IMG/VR virus record: IMGVR_UViG_3300049435_000037
DNA length: 46,727 bases
Source of the DNA: a virus
Strand: one strand, 5' to 3'
Part shown: positions 15,604-24,551 of the stretch, one piece after another
How the letters are laid out: the number at the start of each line of letters is the position of its first letter
Numbering within the stretch: position 1 is the stretch's first letter
Notes under the pieces: model-generated
What the model was told of the DNA's origin: nothing
Seen by the model: the letters and a program-made list of their open reading frames with translations, nothing else
Databases searched by the model: none
Position numbers and translations under genes: made by a program

Positions 15604-16509
15604 TCAGCCACCTTGCCAGAACGCGTAGTTCGGGGTCTCGTCCATGATGCGAGCCCGCTCCTCTTCCTTGCGCTGGCTGAAGAGCGACTGGTAGTACGCA
15701 GCAGCCTGCAGCGCCGCCTTCGGGGGCGTCAGCGCTGCGCGCTCGGTTCCCTCAACGGACTGGGACTGGAGCCTGGCCGTCTCGTACGCCGGGATGATCC
15801 GGGCGCAGGCTCCCCAGACCACCATGTCCACGACCCGCTCGGTGTAGCCGGTAACCGCGATGTCGTCAGTGGGGTTGACCAGCGGGAGCGGGTCGATCGT
15901 GTAGACGACCCGCATCGCCCGGCCCGGGGTGACCCCGTCCAGGAGCTGGATGCTCTTACCGGAGGGGAAGTCGGTGGTGTTTGCCTTGGGGTTGTAGCGC
16001 CAGCGGGGTGCTGGCTGCCACACCTTCGTCGGGCCTACCAGCTGGTCAACCACGTACCAGACCCCGTTGGCGGCGGCCGGCAGGGCGTACTCGAACACCG
16101 GGGCCAGGTTGGTGATCTCGGTGACGGCCAGGATCGGGAGGTCTGGGCTGAGCATCCGGATCACGTCGTTGATCGCCTCGACGGTGCGGATACGTGGGAT
16201 GAGCGGGGATTGCGTGACCAGCTTGTTGGTCACATGGGCTGCTGCGGTCGTGCCCTGCTGGCCGCGACCATTGACGCCACCCATGACCGAGACGATGTTG
16301 GTGGCCCGGTCGACGGACTTGATCAGGATCAGCTCGTCATCGATCTCCACCAGCCCTCGACTGACGTTGTTGACCGTGGCCGCCTCGACGGTGAACGTCG
16401 TGTCGGTCGAGCCCATGTCGGCGGCGAGAGCCGACACCTGCTGCTGGTTCTGGGTGTAGCCCATGACCTGCTGCCGGATCCGCTGCTGGAGTCCCTCCAG
16501 GGTCGTCAT
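15604..16509 (-). CDS. Virion structural protein (301 aa; adaptor/tail candidate)
   Basis: Tightly packed in the tail module. Good codon bias. Confidence 0.7.
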   Translation of the reverse strand: MTTLEGLQQRIRQQVMGYTQNQQQVSALAADMGSTDTTFTVEAATVNNVSRGLVEIDDELILIKSVDRATNIVSVMGGVNGRGQQGTTAAAHVTNKLVTQSPLIPRIRTVEAINDVIRMLSPDLPILAVTEITNLAPVFEYALPAAANGVWYVVDQLVGPTKVWQPAPRWRYNPKANTTDFPSGKSIQLLDGVTPGRAMRVVYTIDPLPLVNPTDDIAVTGYTERVVDMVVWGACARIIPAYETARLQSQSVEGTERAALTPPKAALQAAAYYQSLFSQRKEEERARIMDETPNYAFWQGG

Positions 16510-16519
16510 CTCGCCTCCC

Positions 16520-17197
16520 TCAGTACCACTGGTTGATGCCGTACTGGAACGTGACCGACGGGGTGGTCCCGGCGATCGTCCACCCCAGCAGTATGTTCCC
16601 GGTCGGAGGGAAGATCATCGAAGTACAGCCCACCTCCATGACGGAGGCGGCTGTCGGGGTGCCGATGACGTTAGAGCCGGCCGTGGGGCCGAGGCAGATG
16701 CGCAGCTGCGTACCGGCGATCGGCGCGGCCGCCGCGATGCGGGGGAAGCAGTCCATCATGATGCCGTTGGCATCGGAGGCCTGGACGAACCAGATGATGG
16801 TCGGGGTGGTACCCGCGACCGCCGTGATGTTGATGGTGACCTCGACCATCGTGGGGGTGCCGGTCAGCGCGATGTTGCCCGTGGTGCCGCTGGTCGTGCG
16901 GGCCGAGCTGGCCGAGGTGATGCCCAGGTACTTGGGCAGGCGCTCTACCGGCAGCGTGCCGTTGGTGTTCACCAGCAGCGTGTCGGTGCCATCGTTGATC
17001 TTGATGGTCTGACCGGCGTTCAGCCCCACCTGGAGCGAGCCGTCAGCGTTGACGAGCAGGGTGTCCGTGCCATCTGTGATCTTTGTGGTGGAGCTTCCGC
17101 CACCGACCACGTTGATCGAGCCGTCGGTGTTGATGGCGAGGTAGTCGCCATCCCGGTCGGTGATCTTCGTGTCCGCGTAGTAACCACCTCCGCTCAT
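16520..17197 (-). CDS. Tail/fibre-like protein with three tandem repeats of about 21 aa (225 aa)
   Basis: Repeats TKITDRDGDYLAINTDGSINV / TKITDGTDTLLVNADGSLQV / IKINDGTDTLLVNTNGTLPV. TGATG coupling. Confidence 0.7.
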   Translation of the reverse strand: MSGGGYYADTKITDRDGDYLAINTDGSINVVGGGSSTTKITDGTDTLLVNADGSLQVGLNAGQTIKINDGTDTLLVNTNGTLPVERLPKYLGITSASSARTTSGTTGNIALTGTPTMVEVTINITAVAGTTPTIIWFVQASDANGIMMDCFPRIAAAAPIAGTQLRICLGPTAGSNVIGTPTAASVMEVGCTSMIFPPTGNILLGWTIAGTTPSVTFQYGINQWY

Positions 17198-17664
17198 CAG
17201 GCCCCCATCAACTTGACGGTCACCGTGTAGGCGCCAGTGCCAGCGGAGAAGTCACCGCGCCACCACCGGAAAGGCTTGTCGACGGCGGTCACCGTCTTGC
17301 CGACGGCGCCCGTCATGCCGTCCAGCGTCAGCGTCACGCCGGTGGTCACGTAGGTCGCGTTGTCGACCGAGCCCATCAGCGTCAGCGTGCCGGTGGTGAC
17401 CGTGCCGGTGACAGCCAGCGCCACGGCGGTCATGTTGTTGATGGCGATGCCGCAGTCGAAGGCGGTGCCGGTCGCTGTAGCGCCCGCTATGGCGCTCAGA
17501 GTCGTCAGGGCACCCGTCTGCCCGCTGAAGACCAGAAGGCCGCCAGAACCGGCGCCAGGGGCCACGGTGGCGGCACTGGTGCCGGAGCTTCCCGTCACTC
17601 GGATCTGGAGTGGGGCTGTTGCGGTAGTCAGGGAGCCGTCGATAGCGACGACGTTCTCGGCCAT
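17197..17664 (-). CDS. Virion protein, Thr/Gly/Ala-rich beta protein (155 aa)
   Basis: ATG 17664 follows AGGAGAAGG. Confidence 0.7.
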   Translation of the reverse strand: MAENVVAIDGSLTTATAPLQIRVTGSSGTSAATVAPGAGSGGLLVFSGQTGALTTLSAIAGATATGTAFDCGIAINNMTAVALAVTGTVTTGTLTLMGSVDNATYVTTGVTLTLDGMTGAVGKTVTAVDKPFRWWRGDFSAGTGAYTVTVKLMGA

Positions 17665-17672
17665 GCCTTCTC

Positions 17673-17957
17673 CTAGTCGGGCATCGGGTTGGCCTGGGAG
17701 AAGTCCCGGCCGTACGCCGCGCCGGCTGCATCGCTGCGGCGCTTGGCGGCGTCGATCTTTGCTGTCGTGGTCCCGTCGGGCCGGATGCCCTCCTTGCGAG
17801 CGGAGTAGTAGCTCTCCAGCTCCCGGTCCCACTTCTTCTGTGCGGTGCCGTCTTCGCCCTTGGAGGCGCGCACCAGGTAGGTGCGCAGCCCTGCGTCCAG
17901 GCAGCAGTCCGCGTACGTGGCGTGGTCCTGGGTCCTGCACCCAGAGCGGCAGGTCAC
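17673..17957 (-). CDS. Hypothetical protein (94 aa)
   Basis: GTG 17957 in GTGA overlap with the upstream stop. Confidence 0.55.
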   Translation of the reverse strand: MTCRSGCRTQDHATYADCCLDAGLRTYLVRASKGEDGTAQKKWDRELESYYSARKEGIRPDGTTTAKIDAAKRRSDAAGAAYGRDFSQANPMPD

Positions 17958-18169
17958 CCGAACTTCTCGAACTTGTAGACGCCCTGGATGTTGTCCACGC
18001 TCTCGTCCCACATGGCCTCGGGGCCTGCGCCGACGGGGGTGTTCTCGTACGTCGCTGCGGGGGCGTCGTCCTCGACCTGGTTGGTCAGGCAGGAGTTACC
18101 GCCGGTGGGGCCGTAGTTGGGCGGAGCGGCCATCTCCGGGTCGAAGTCGGTCTGCTGGATGCCAGTCAC
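17954..18169 (-). CDS. Hypothetical protein (71 aa)
   Basis: GTG 18169 in GTGA overlap with the Lys-rich micro-ORF. The C-terminal part has a clean coding pattern. Confidence 0.55.
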   Translation of the reverse strand: MTGIQQTDFDPEMAAPPNYGPTGGNSCLTNQVEDDAPAATYENTPVGAGPEAMWDESVDNIQGVYKFEKFG

Positions 18170-18294
18170 TTCTTCTTCACCGCCTTCTTGGCCGCAGCCT
18201 TCTTGGGCGCGAACTCCGTCATGTCCCCGTACTTCTCGCCCGGCTTGGCCGGCCGCACGGCGGCCTTCTTGGCGGGCACCTTCTTCGCGGCCAT
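18166..18294 (-). CDS. 42-aa Lys/Ala-rich basic protein (histone-tail-like AKKA repeats)
   Basis: ATG 18294 lies 5 nt after AGGAGGG. Sequence MAAKKVPAKKAAVRPAKPGEKYGDMTEFAPKKAAAKKAVKKK. Not in the ORF track (under 60 aa). Confidence 0.55.
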   Translation of the reverse strand: MAAKKVPAKKAAVRPAKPGEKYGDMTEFAPKKAAAKKAVKKK

Positions 18295-18303
18295 CCAGCC
18301 CTC

Positions 18304-18579
18304 CTAGCTGATCAGCGTGAAGTTGCTGGCGTCCACGCCGATGCCACCCGCGATCAGCGCGGCCTTCGTGGCGTCGTCCACGACGTACTCGTGGCCGCCC
18401 ATGTAGAAGTTGTAGGACGCTGCGATCTCGTCCGTGGTCGGGTACCGCAAGGCCCGGTAGGTACCCTGCGGCAACTCCGAAATGGACACCCCGCGCGCCA
18501 GCTTGTACCGGTTGAACAGAGCCCCATCTCCTGCGGGCCCCTCCTGTACGACTGGCGTGCGGAATGTCCAGGTCGACAT
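18304..18579 (-). CDS. Hypothetical head-module protein (91 aa)
   Basis: ORF tightly packed after the 108-aa gene. Good codon bias. Confidence 0.7.
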   Translation of the reverse strand: MSTWTFRTPVVQEGPAGDGALFNRYKLARGVSISELPQGTYRALRYPTTDEIAASYNFYMGGHEYVVDDATKAALIAGGIGVDASNFTLIS

Positions 18580-18581
18580 GC

Positions 18582-18908
18582 TTACTGCGCTCCGGTGATC
18601 TGCCAGTTGGTGCCATCGGAGATGACGGTCATGGCGCCGTTGGCGTTGGCCGCCTTCACCAGGACTCCGGTGGCACCGGCGGTGCCGTCGATGGTGGACG
18701 TGGTGGTCTTCACCGTCACGGCCGCACCGGCGGACACCTGCTGCTTGATCACGTACACACGCCCGGCGTTGGCAGCCGTGGCCTGCGGGAGGTTGACCAC
18801 CGAAGCACCGTTGATGTTGACCAGGATGTAGTAGTCGCTGGCCGTAGCGGTGTACGGGGTCGTGGTGACCTGGACCGTAGTCCAGGCGATGTCGTCCAGA
18901 CCGGACAT
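18582..18908 (-). CDS. Small beta-rich head protein (108 aa; decoration candidate)
   Basis: ATG 18908 lies 7 nt after GGAG, immediately downstream of the capsid gene. Confidence 0.65.
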   Translation of the reverse strand: MSGLDDIAWTTVQVTTTPYTATASDYYILVNINGASVVNLPQATAANAGRVYVIKQQVSAGAAVTVKTTTSTIDGTAGATGVLVKAANANGAMTVISDGTNWQITGAQ

Positions 18909-18921
18909 GTTGCTGCTCCGA

Positions 18922-19896
18922 TCAGGAGGCGTCGATGGTGGAGGTCGACTCGGCACGCACCAGGGACTCTTCCCGGTAGCGAGCCCAGCCGGCAACGCCG
19001 TACCAGCCGAGCGGGCGGAACCGCATCAGCTTGTCGGTGATCGGACCGGGGATGACGTGGAACTCGTCAGCCACGGCCTCCGCGAGGGCCTGCTGGCCCG
19101 CGTAGTAGGTGCGGAACCGGCGGACGGTGTTGTCGCCAGTACCAGCGTCCACGGCGTTGTAGCAACGCGGGGACTCGATGTAGAAGGCGCCCTCGTAGGC
19201 GCCGATCTCACCGGCCCAGATGTTGCCAGCAGCGCTGTAGTTGTGCGGGTCGCGCCAGGCAGCCGCGCCAGTCTCCGACCGAAGGTCGTAGGAGACCTCG
19301 GGGTGGATCGCGCACCAGTAGAGCGAACCCTTGCGGGGGACGGCCTTGTTGGTACGGAGCTTGACCACGGCCAGGCGCGCCATCGGCGAGGTGTAGCCGT
19401 CGGTGGCCGCCATGGTGGTGCCGACCGGGAGCGAGACGGTACCGGTGGTGACGTACGAGACGGCACCAGCCTTGCGCTGGATGACGTTGGTGCCGGACCG
19501 GAGCACGGTCTGGACAACCGAGTCGATGGAGTCGGCAGCGTTGAACGCGACGATGTTGGCGATCGCCGGGTCCACGTCGGTCAGCGAGAACAGGTAGAGC
19601 TTGCGGGTGCGGAGCACCGCGTTGCCGTACTCGTTCAGGGTGATGGTGACGGTGGTGGGGTTACCCAGCGCCACCGAGTCCGGGTCTACGGCCTCAGTGA
19701 GCGGGGTCGTGGTGGTCGCGAGGTCGACATACCGCTCCAGCACGATCGAACCGCCGGGGGCGGTCTGCTGCGCCGGACGCTTGTCCGCGACCTGCCGGAA
19801 CAGCGGCTGGCTGCGGAGGGCGAACTCGAAGTACTTGTCGTACGCCGTCTGAACGGCGTTCGACATGGCTGTGGTATCGGTAAATGCGTTGGCCAT
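18922..19896 (-). CDS. Major capsid protein (HK97-fold type)
   Basis: 324 aa, directly after the scaffold gene. N-terminal MANAFTDTTAMSNAVQTAYDK and the overall pattern are typical of phage major capsid proteins. Confidence 0.8.
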   Translation of the reverse strand: MANAFTDTTAMSNAVQTAYDKYFEFALRSQPLFRQVADKRPAQQTAPGGSIVLERYVDLATTTTPLTEAVDPDSVALGNPTTVTITLNEYGNAVLRTRKLYLFSLTDVDPAIANIVAFNAADSIDSVVQTVLRSGTNVIQRKAGAVSYVTTGTVSLPVGTTMAATDGYTSPMARLAVVKLRTNKAVPRKGSLYWCAIHPEVSYDLRSETGAAAWRDPHNYSAAGNIWAGEIGAYEGAFYIESPRCYNAVDAGTGDNTVRRFRTYYAGQQALAEAVADEFHVIPGPITDKLMRFRPLGWYGVAGWARYREESLVRAESTSTIDAS

Positions 19897-19952
19897 GGCC
19901 TCTCACCCCCTTCGGGGTGTTCGCGGGAACAGGGGAGAGGTCAGGAGGAGTG

Positions 19953-20510
19953 TTAGCCGTTCCAGTACATGGCCTGCTGGTTGCCGTTACTGGCCAGGAA
20001 TTCGGTGAGCTGCTCAGCGCTGGTGAACGTGTTCATCAACGCGACCTGCTCGGCCTCTGTCCCGGCCGGCGGGGCTACGCCCTGCGTGCCTGCGGCCTGG
20101 AGCGCCTGAAGCTGCGCCTGACCGTCCGGCGGAACTGTGGAGGCCGGCGTCCCCGCTCCCTGACCTGCGCCTGCGGCGTCCGTAACGCCGGGCTGCTTGG
20201 CCAGAAGAGAGCCGGTAGTTGCCAGCCACTCGTCCACCTTCGCGGGATCTCCCGAGTACAGCGTGGCTGCGGCTCGGTCATACCCCTTGGATTCGAGTGC
20301 GTCGGCGACAGCGTTTCGTGCGTTGACCTGCTGGAGAGCCTGGACCTGCGCTTCCAGCGCCTTCTTATCGTCAGCTGCCTTCTTCATGTACTCCCGGAAC
20401 CATCCAGGAGCCTGCGGAGGAGACTGTTGCTGAGCGGCATTGGGGTCGTACTGACCCTCTTGCCCGTCGTTCTGGTCGCCGTCGTAGTACCCAAATCCCA
20501 TTTCGGTCAC
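19953..20510 (-). CDS. Scaffolding protein (185 aa)
   Basis: GTG 20510 lies 6 nt after GGGAGAGG. Acidic, Gln/Ala-rich helical protein immediately upstream of the capsid gene. Confidence 0.65.
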   Translation of the reverse strand: MTEMGFGYYDGDQNDGQEGQYDPNAAQQQSPPQAPGWFREYMKKAADDKKALEAQVQALQQVNARNAVADALESKGYDRAAATLYSGDPAKVDEWLATTGSLLAKQPGVTDAAGAGQGAGTPASTVPPDGQAQLQALQAAGTQGVAPPAGTEAEQVALMNTFTSAEQLTEFLASNGNQQAMYWNG

Positions 20511-20657
20511 TGAAGACCTCTCCCTTTTCCTTCGCGCGGCCGGATCGCCCTCGGGGAAGGGCTCTCGCTCCACTACCGGACTTGCCTACGGACGGTGCCG
20601 GTCGACCCATCCTGTTGTGATCTATTCAGAATGTACCCCACCTGAAACCCATGGTCG

Positions 20658-21890
20658 TTAGCTCTGGAGGTACTGAGCCTGCGCCAGTCCCTGCGGAGTG
20701 GCACCGGACTGGCCGGAGAACAGACCCTTCTCGTTGCCCACGAGGCGCTTTCGCTTGGCGCTCGGGTTCTCGTCCATGAAGCGGGGCTCGGTCGGGTTGC
20801 CGGAGACGCCACCCTCGATGACATCCTTCTCGGCCTCGCGCTGGGTAAAGGTCTCGCCATACCGCTCCGCGATGGCCTGGATGTTGGGGAGCATCTCTGC
20901 GACCTGCTGGAACCCCTGGCTGACCTGGGACAGGCTGAGCCCGGCCGTGGCGAAATCCTCCAGATCCTGGCGGTCCAGGGCGAGGTTCCGCTTCAGCGCC
21001 TCGGCCCCGAAGGTGGCCGCAGCCGCCTGCTTCTGCAGCAGGGGCAGAGCGCGTGTCGGATCCAGGAAGTAGGCCGTGACGTGCGACTCATCGACGCCGT
21101 ACAGCATGTCCAGGGCTTGCTTCGTGGAGTTGTTAGCCGAGCCAGATTGAGCGACAGCCAGATCCACACGGCCCTTGATTTCGTTCGGCGAGACGTCGCC
21201 CGCGATCCACTTGGTGAAGTCGGTAGGGCTGTCGTAGAAACCCTTGGGCAGACCAGCGTCCTGCATGATCTGCCGGTAGCTGCGCTCCGTGGACAGGTAC
21301 TCGGCCGGCGACAGCACCGGCAGGCCAGCCTTCTTGCGGGCCTCGTTGCCCGCGAACCTCTCCTTGTACTCGGGCGTGTCGGCCAGCAGCAGGGAGATGA
21401 CGTCGGCGCCGTACCCCTGCTTGGCGAAATCGAAGATCTTGGGTGCCAGCGAGCCGAGGCCGAACCCGTTGAACAGGGACTGCAGGGCCAGGTACGCGTC
21501 GCGGTTGGCGCCTTGCAGGAGCTTGTCGTACTGGCCGGTCGCTGTGTAGTACTTGTTCTGCGCGCTCGTCTGGGCCTTGATCAGCGCCTGGTTGGCCGTG
21601 GTGGCCAGCTTGGTCTGCTTGACGGCGTTGTCGTACGCCCGCTGCCGGTTCGCCTTGGTCTTGGCGCTGATCCCCTTGGCGGTGATCGCCTTCTTCTGGG
21701 CTGCCAGCTGGGCGTTGCGGGTCTTGAGCTGCGCCGTGCTGGAGCTTGCCTTCGCCTTGGCAGCCGACAGCTTGATGTTCGCGGCCGCCGCGTCGGCGCT
21801 GTTGGGCGAGGCCGGGGCCGGCAGGTCAAGCTGGTCGGCGAAGTCGCCAGGGATGTAGTTGCCCTGCTCGTCCGTGTAGCCGTCAGCCAT
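20658..21890 (-). CDS. Virion protein with an Ala/Lys-rich coiled-coil N-terminus (410 aa)
   Basis: ATG 21890 follows GGAGGTGG. Good codon bias. Confidence 0.75.
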   Translation of the reverse strand: MADGYTDEQGNYIPGDFADQLDLPAPASPNSADAAAANIKLSAAKAKASSSTAQLKTRNAQLAAQKKAITAKGISAKTKANRQRAYDNAVKQTKLATTANQALIKAQTSAQNKYYTATGQYDKLLQGANRDAYLALQSLFNGFGLGSLAPKIFDFAKQGYGADVISLLLADTPEYKERFAGNEARKKAGLPVLSPAEYLSTERSYRQIMQDAGLPKGFYDSPTDFTKWIAGDVSPNEIKGRVDLAVAQSGSANNSTKQALDMLYGVDESHVTAYFLDPTRALPLLQKQAAAATFGAEALKRNLALDRQDLEDFATAGLSLSQVSQGFQQVAEMLPNIQAIAERYGETFTQREAEKDVIEGGVSGNPTEPRFMDENPSAKRKRLVGNEKGLFSGQSGATPQGLAQAQYLQS

Positions 21891-21904
21891 GATCCACCTC
21901 CACG

Positions 21905-23203
21905 TCAGTACGCCATTCCGAAATCACGCGCGATCTGCCGGGCCGTGGTGAACATCGACTCGCGAGCGTTGTTGGTCTTCTTCCACAGTGGGTCACTGCG
22001 CAGGTCATTCTCGAACTGCCAGAGCGGGTACTGCGCCCCGTCGCCGGTGCCGTTCGGCTTCGCCGACATTGCCGTGGCCACGTGCTTATTGAACAGGTCC
22101 ACGTCAGTCTCCGGCAGCTCCAGCACCCGCGCCACATCGGAGATGTATGGCTGCGCAAGGTCGAGGGCGTTCTGGCCAGCCATGATCTGGTTGGAGAAGG
22201 CGCTGTACTTGCCGGCTGCGATCTTCCGCATCTGGGCGGTCTGCAGCTCCATGGTCGACTTGCCGGACACCACGGAGCGGACCGTGGACTGGTACCAGTT
22301 GGTCGAGTGGGTGAGCCCGTTGAGGTAGGCCGTCTGGTGGAGCTGGTCGAACGCCTCTCCGGCGTCACCGCCCATGACGCCGCCGACAACCTTGACGTAC
22401 TGGCCCATGTAGTTCTTCAGCCGCGCGTCGGTCCAACCGTCGCGCATGGCGTAGCCGACCATCCTGGCCAGCAGCGGGTCGATGTGGCCGGGGGTGTTGC
22501 CCTTGGTCAGCAGGTTGCCCAGGCCGACGGAGACACCCATCTGCCCGAGGCGCACGGCCGTGGCCGTGTACTTGGACTTGTACGTCGCCGGGTCGGACGT
22601 CCGCAGGAGGAAGTATTTGCGCGCGGAGTCCGAGGTGGTGCGCCACCAGCTGGTGTTCTTCAGGGCGGCAGTGAAGCGGTCGGCGCTCCAGCCTCCCGCC
22701 ACGGCCTTGCCGAACAGGGACTTCAGGGACTTGTTTGCCTTGATGGTGGCGTAGGTCAGGCCGTACATCTCGGCGAGCGTGTTGTTGTCCAGGGACACGT
22801 TGGCCGCCCCCACGTTGTAGGTGGACCCCACGGGGATCTTGCCACCGCCGGTGACGTTGGCGCTGTAGGAGCCCCCGTAGTAGCGCCGGTAGGCGCCGTT
22901 CTTGTAGGTGCTCCACGGCATCCAGTTCTTGCCGCCGTTGGACATCTTGTAGGCGATACGGGCGTTGGTCAGCGCGTTGTACAGGTCGTTGTTCGACTTG
23001 AGCCCGTACCGGCGCCGACGGTCGGGGCCCATGGCGCCCAGCATGTTGATCTGGAACAGGCCGTAGCTGTTGTCGCCGGTCCCGGCGTTGCCGTTATGGG
23101 CGCCAGCGCGCCCACCCGACTCGGCCATGGCGATCGAGTAGGCCATCTTCAGGGCGTTGCCCCGGAACCCGGCCTGCTTGAGGATGCTCATCAGGGAGGC
23201 CAT
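21905..23203 (-). CDS. Virion-associated lytic transglycosylase (SLT domain plus a C-terminal module of about 290 aa)
   Basis: AMAESGG (catalytic Glu), YGLFQIN, ARIAY. The C-terminal module is paralogous to that of 23203-24549. Confidence 0.8.
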   Translation of the reverse strand: MASLMSILKQAGFRGNALKMAYSIAMAESGGRAGAHNGNAGTGDNSYGLFQINMLGAMGPDRRRRYGLKSNNDLYNALTNARIAYKMSNGGKNWMPWSTYKNGAYRRYYGGSYSANVTGGGKIPVGSTYNVGAANVSLDNNTLAEMYGLTYATIKANKSLKSLFGKAVAGGWSADRFTAALKNTSWWRTTSDSARKYFLLRTSDPATYKSKYTATAVRLGQMGVSVGLGNLLTKGNTPGHIDPLLARMVGYAMRDGWTDARLKNYMGQYVKVVGGVMGGDAGEAFDQLHQTAYLNGLTHSTNWYQSTVRSVVSGKSTMELQTAQMRKIAAGKYSAFSNQIMAGQNALDLAQPYISDVARVLELPETDVDLFNKHVATAMSAKPNGTGDGAQYPLWQFENDLRSDPLWKKTNNARESMFTTARQIARDFGMAY

Positions 23204-24549
23204 CAGAGCTGTCCTCCCGCCGCCAGGCCCATGTCAGAGGCCACCTGGTGCCCGATGGCCATGACGCTGGCTGCTGCGTTGGACGTCTTGCGCCAAGCGG
23301 GGTCATCGCGGAGCGCGACCTGGAAATCGGTCAGGCTCATCGGGGCCGGGTTGCCCTTGTCGTCCTTGCGCTGCAGAGCAGCCCTGACCTTGGCGTTGTA
23401 CAGATCGACGTCGGTGATCGGGACCTGCAGTTCGTTGCTGACCATCTGGATGTATGGCTGTGCCAGGTCGATCATGTTGGCGCCGGCCATGATCTGCTTC
23501 GCGAACGCCGGGTAGGCCGTGGCGGACTGAGCCCGCACCTGGGCCTGCTCCTTCTCCAGCGTGGAGATGCCGCGCGAGACGTACGCTGCGCTGTTCTTGA
23601 CCGACTGGTCGCTCAGCGAGATCCCGTTGTCGTACGCCGTCTTGCGCAGGCTGTCGTAGATCTGGCCGGCCTGGCCACCGATGACGTGCTTGGCGTTGAA
23701 GTTCACGTACTTGCCGAGGAAGTTCTGAATCTGCGCGTCATTCCAGCCGTACGTGACGATGTTCTTGGCCAGGCCTTGCAGGGCCTTGGTCGACAAAATG
23801 GCGCCCATCTGCACAGCAGCCGTGCCGGCGGCCGCCTGCGCCGCCGAGAGGTTTGCCTTGTAGGTGGCCGGGTCAGTCTTCGCGGTGATCTCAGCCTGGC
23901 GCTTGGTGGAGGTCGTCTCCTTCCACCACTTGGTGTTCTTCAGCTCCGCCGTGAAGCGAGCTGGCGTCCAGGTGCCGGACACAGCCTTGTTGAACAGGCC
24001 CTTCAGCTCGGGGATCGAGTCGAAGAATGCTTTGCTCATCCCGTACGTCTCGGCCAGCTCGGCTCGGGTCTGGTGGACCTTGTCCCCACCGCCGCTGAAG
24101 GTGTTCGGGTTGATGCCCGTGGCCCGCAGGGCGTTGCCGCCACCGGCGAAGCTTGAGCTGTTGGCGACACCGGCGATCCGCCGGCCGCCCATGAAGCGGC
24201 CCATGTAGTACGAGTCGGTCAGCGAGCTGATCTTGACGACGTCGCCGGTGTGCGGAGCGTGGATGAACTTCCCGCCGCCGATGTAGATGCCGACGTGGTC
24301 AGGGCCCTTGCGGGCCCGGTCGGTGTCGAAGAAGACCAGGTCGCCTGGCTGCAGCTTGTTGGCGCCCACCGAGGCGCCCTGCCCGATCTGCTCGTATGTG
24401 ACCCGGGGGACGAAGATCCCGAACGTCTTGAACACCTGCTGGACCAGCCCTGAGCAGTCGACACCGGCGGACAGGCTGTTGCCGCCCCAGACGTACTTGA
24501 CGCCCAGAGACCCCTTGGCCTTGTTGACGATGTCCATGCCAGTGACCAT
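23203..24549 (-). CDS. Virion-associated NlpC/P60 endopeptidase (plus the paralogous C-terminal module)
   Basis: VKYVWGG, VDCSGLVQQVF (catalytic Cys), DHVGIYIGGGKFIHAP (His). TGATG coupling. Confidence 0.8.
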   Translation of the reverse strand: MVTGMDIVNKAKGSLGVKYVWGGNSLSAGVDCSGLVQQVFKTFGIFVPRVTYEQIGQGASVGANKLQPGDLVFFDTDRARKGPDHVGIYIGGGKFIHAPHTGDVVKISSLTDSYYMGRFMGGRRIAGVANSSSFAGGGNALRATGINPNTFSGGGDKVHQTRAELAETYGMSKAFFDSIPELKGLFNKAVSGTWTPARFTAELKNTKWWKETTSTKRQAEITAKTDPATYKANLSAAQAAAGTAAVQMGAILSTKALQGLAKNIVTYGWNDAQIQNFLGKYVNFNAKHVIGGQAGQIYDSLRKTAYDNGISLSDQSVKNSAAYVSRGISTLEKEQAQVRAQSATAYPAFAKQIMAGANMIDLAQPYIQMVSNELQVPITDVDLYNAKVRAALQRKDDKGNPAPMSLTDFQVALRDDPAWRKTSNAAASVMAIGHQVASDMGLAAGGQL

Positions 24550-24551
24550 GG

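Noticed and set aside
20573-20860. 95-aa minus-strand ORF bridging the scaffold-upstream gap.
   Set aside because: It overlaps the 3' end of the well-supported 410-aa gene out of frame. It is Arg/Ser/Pro-rich and has no SD.
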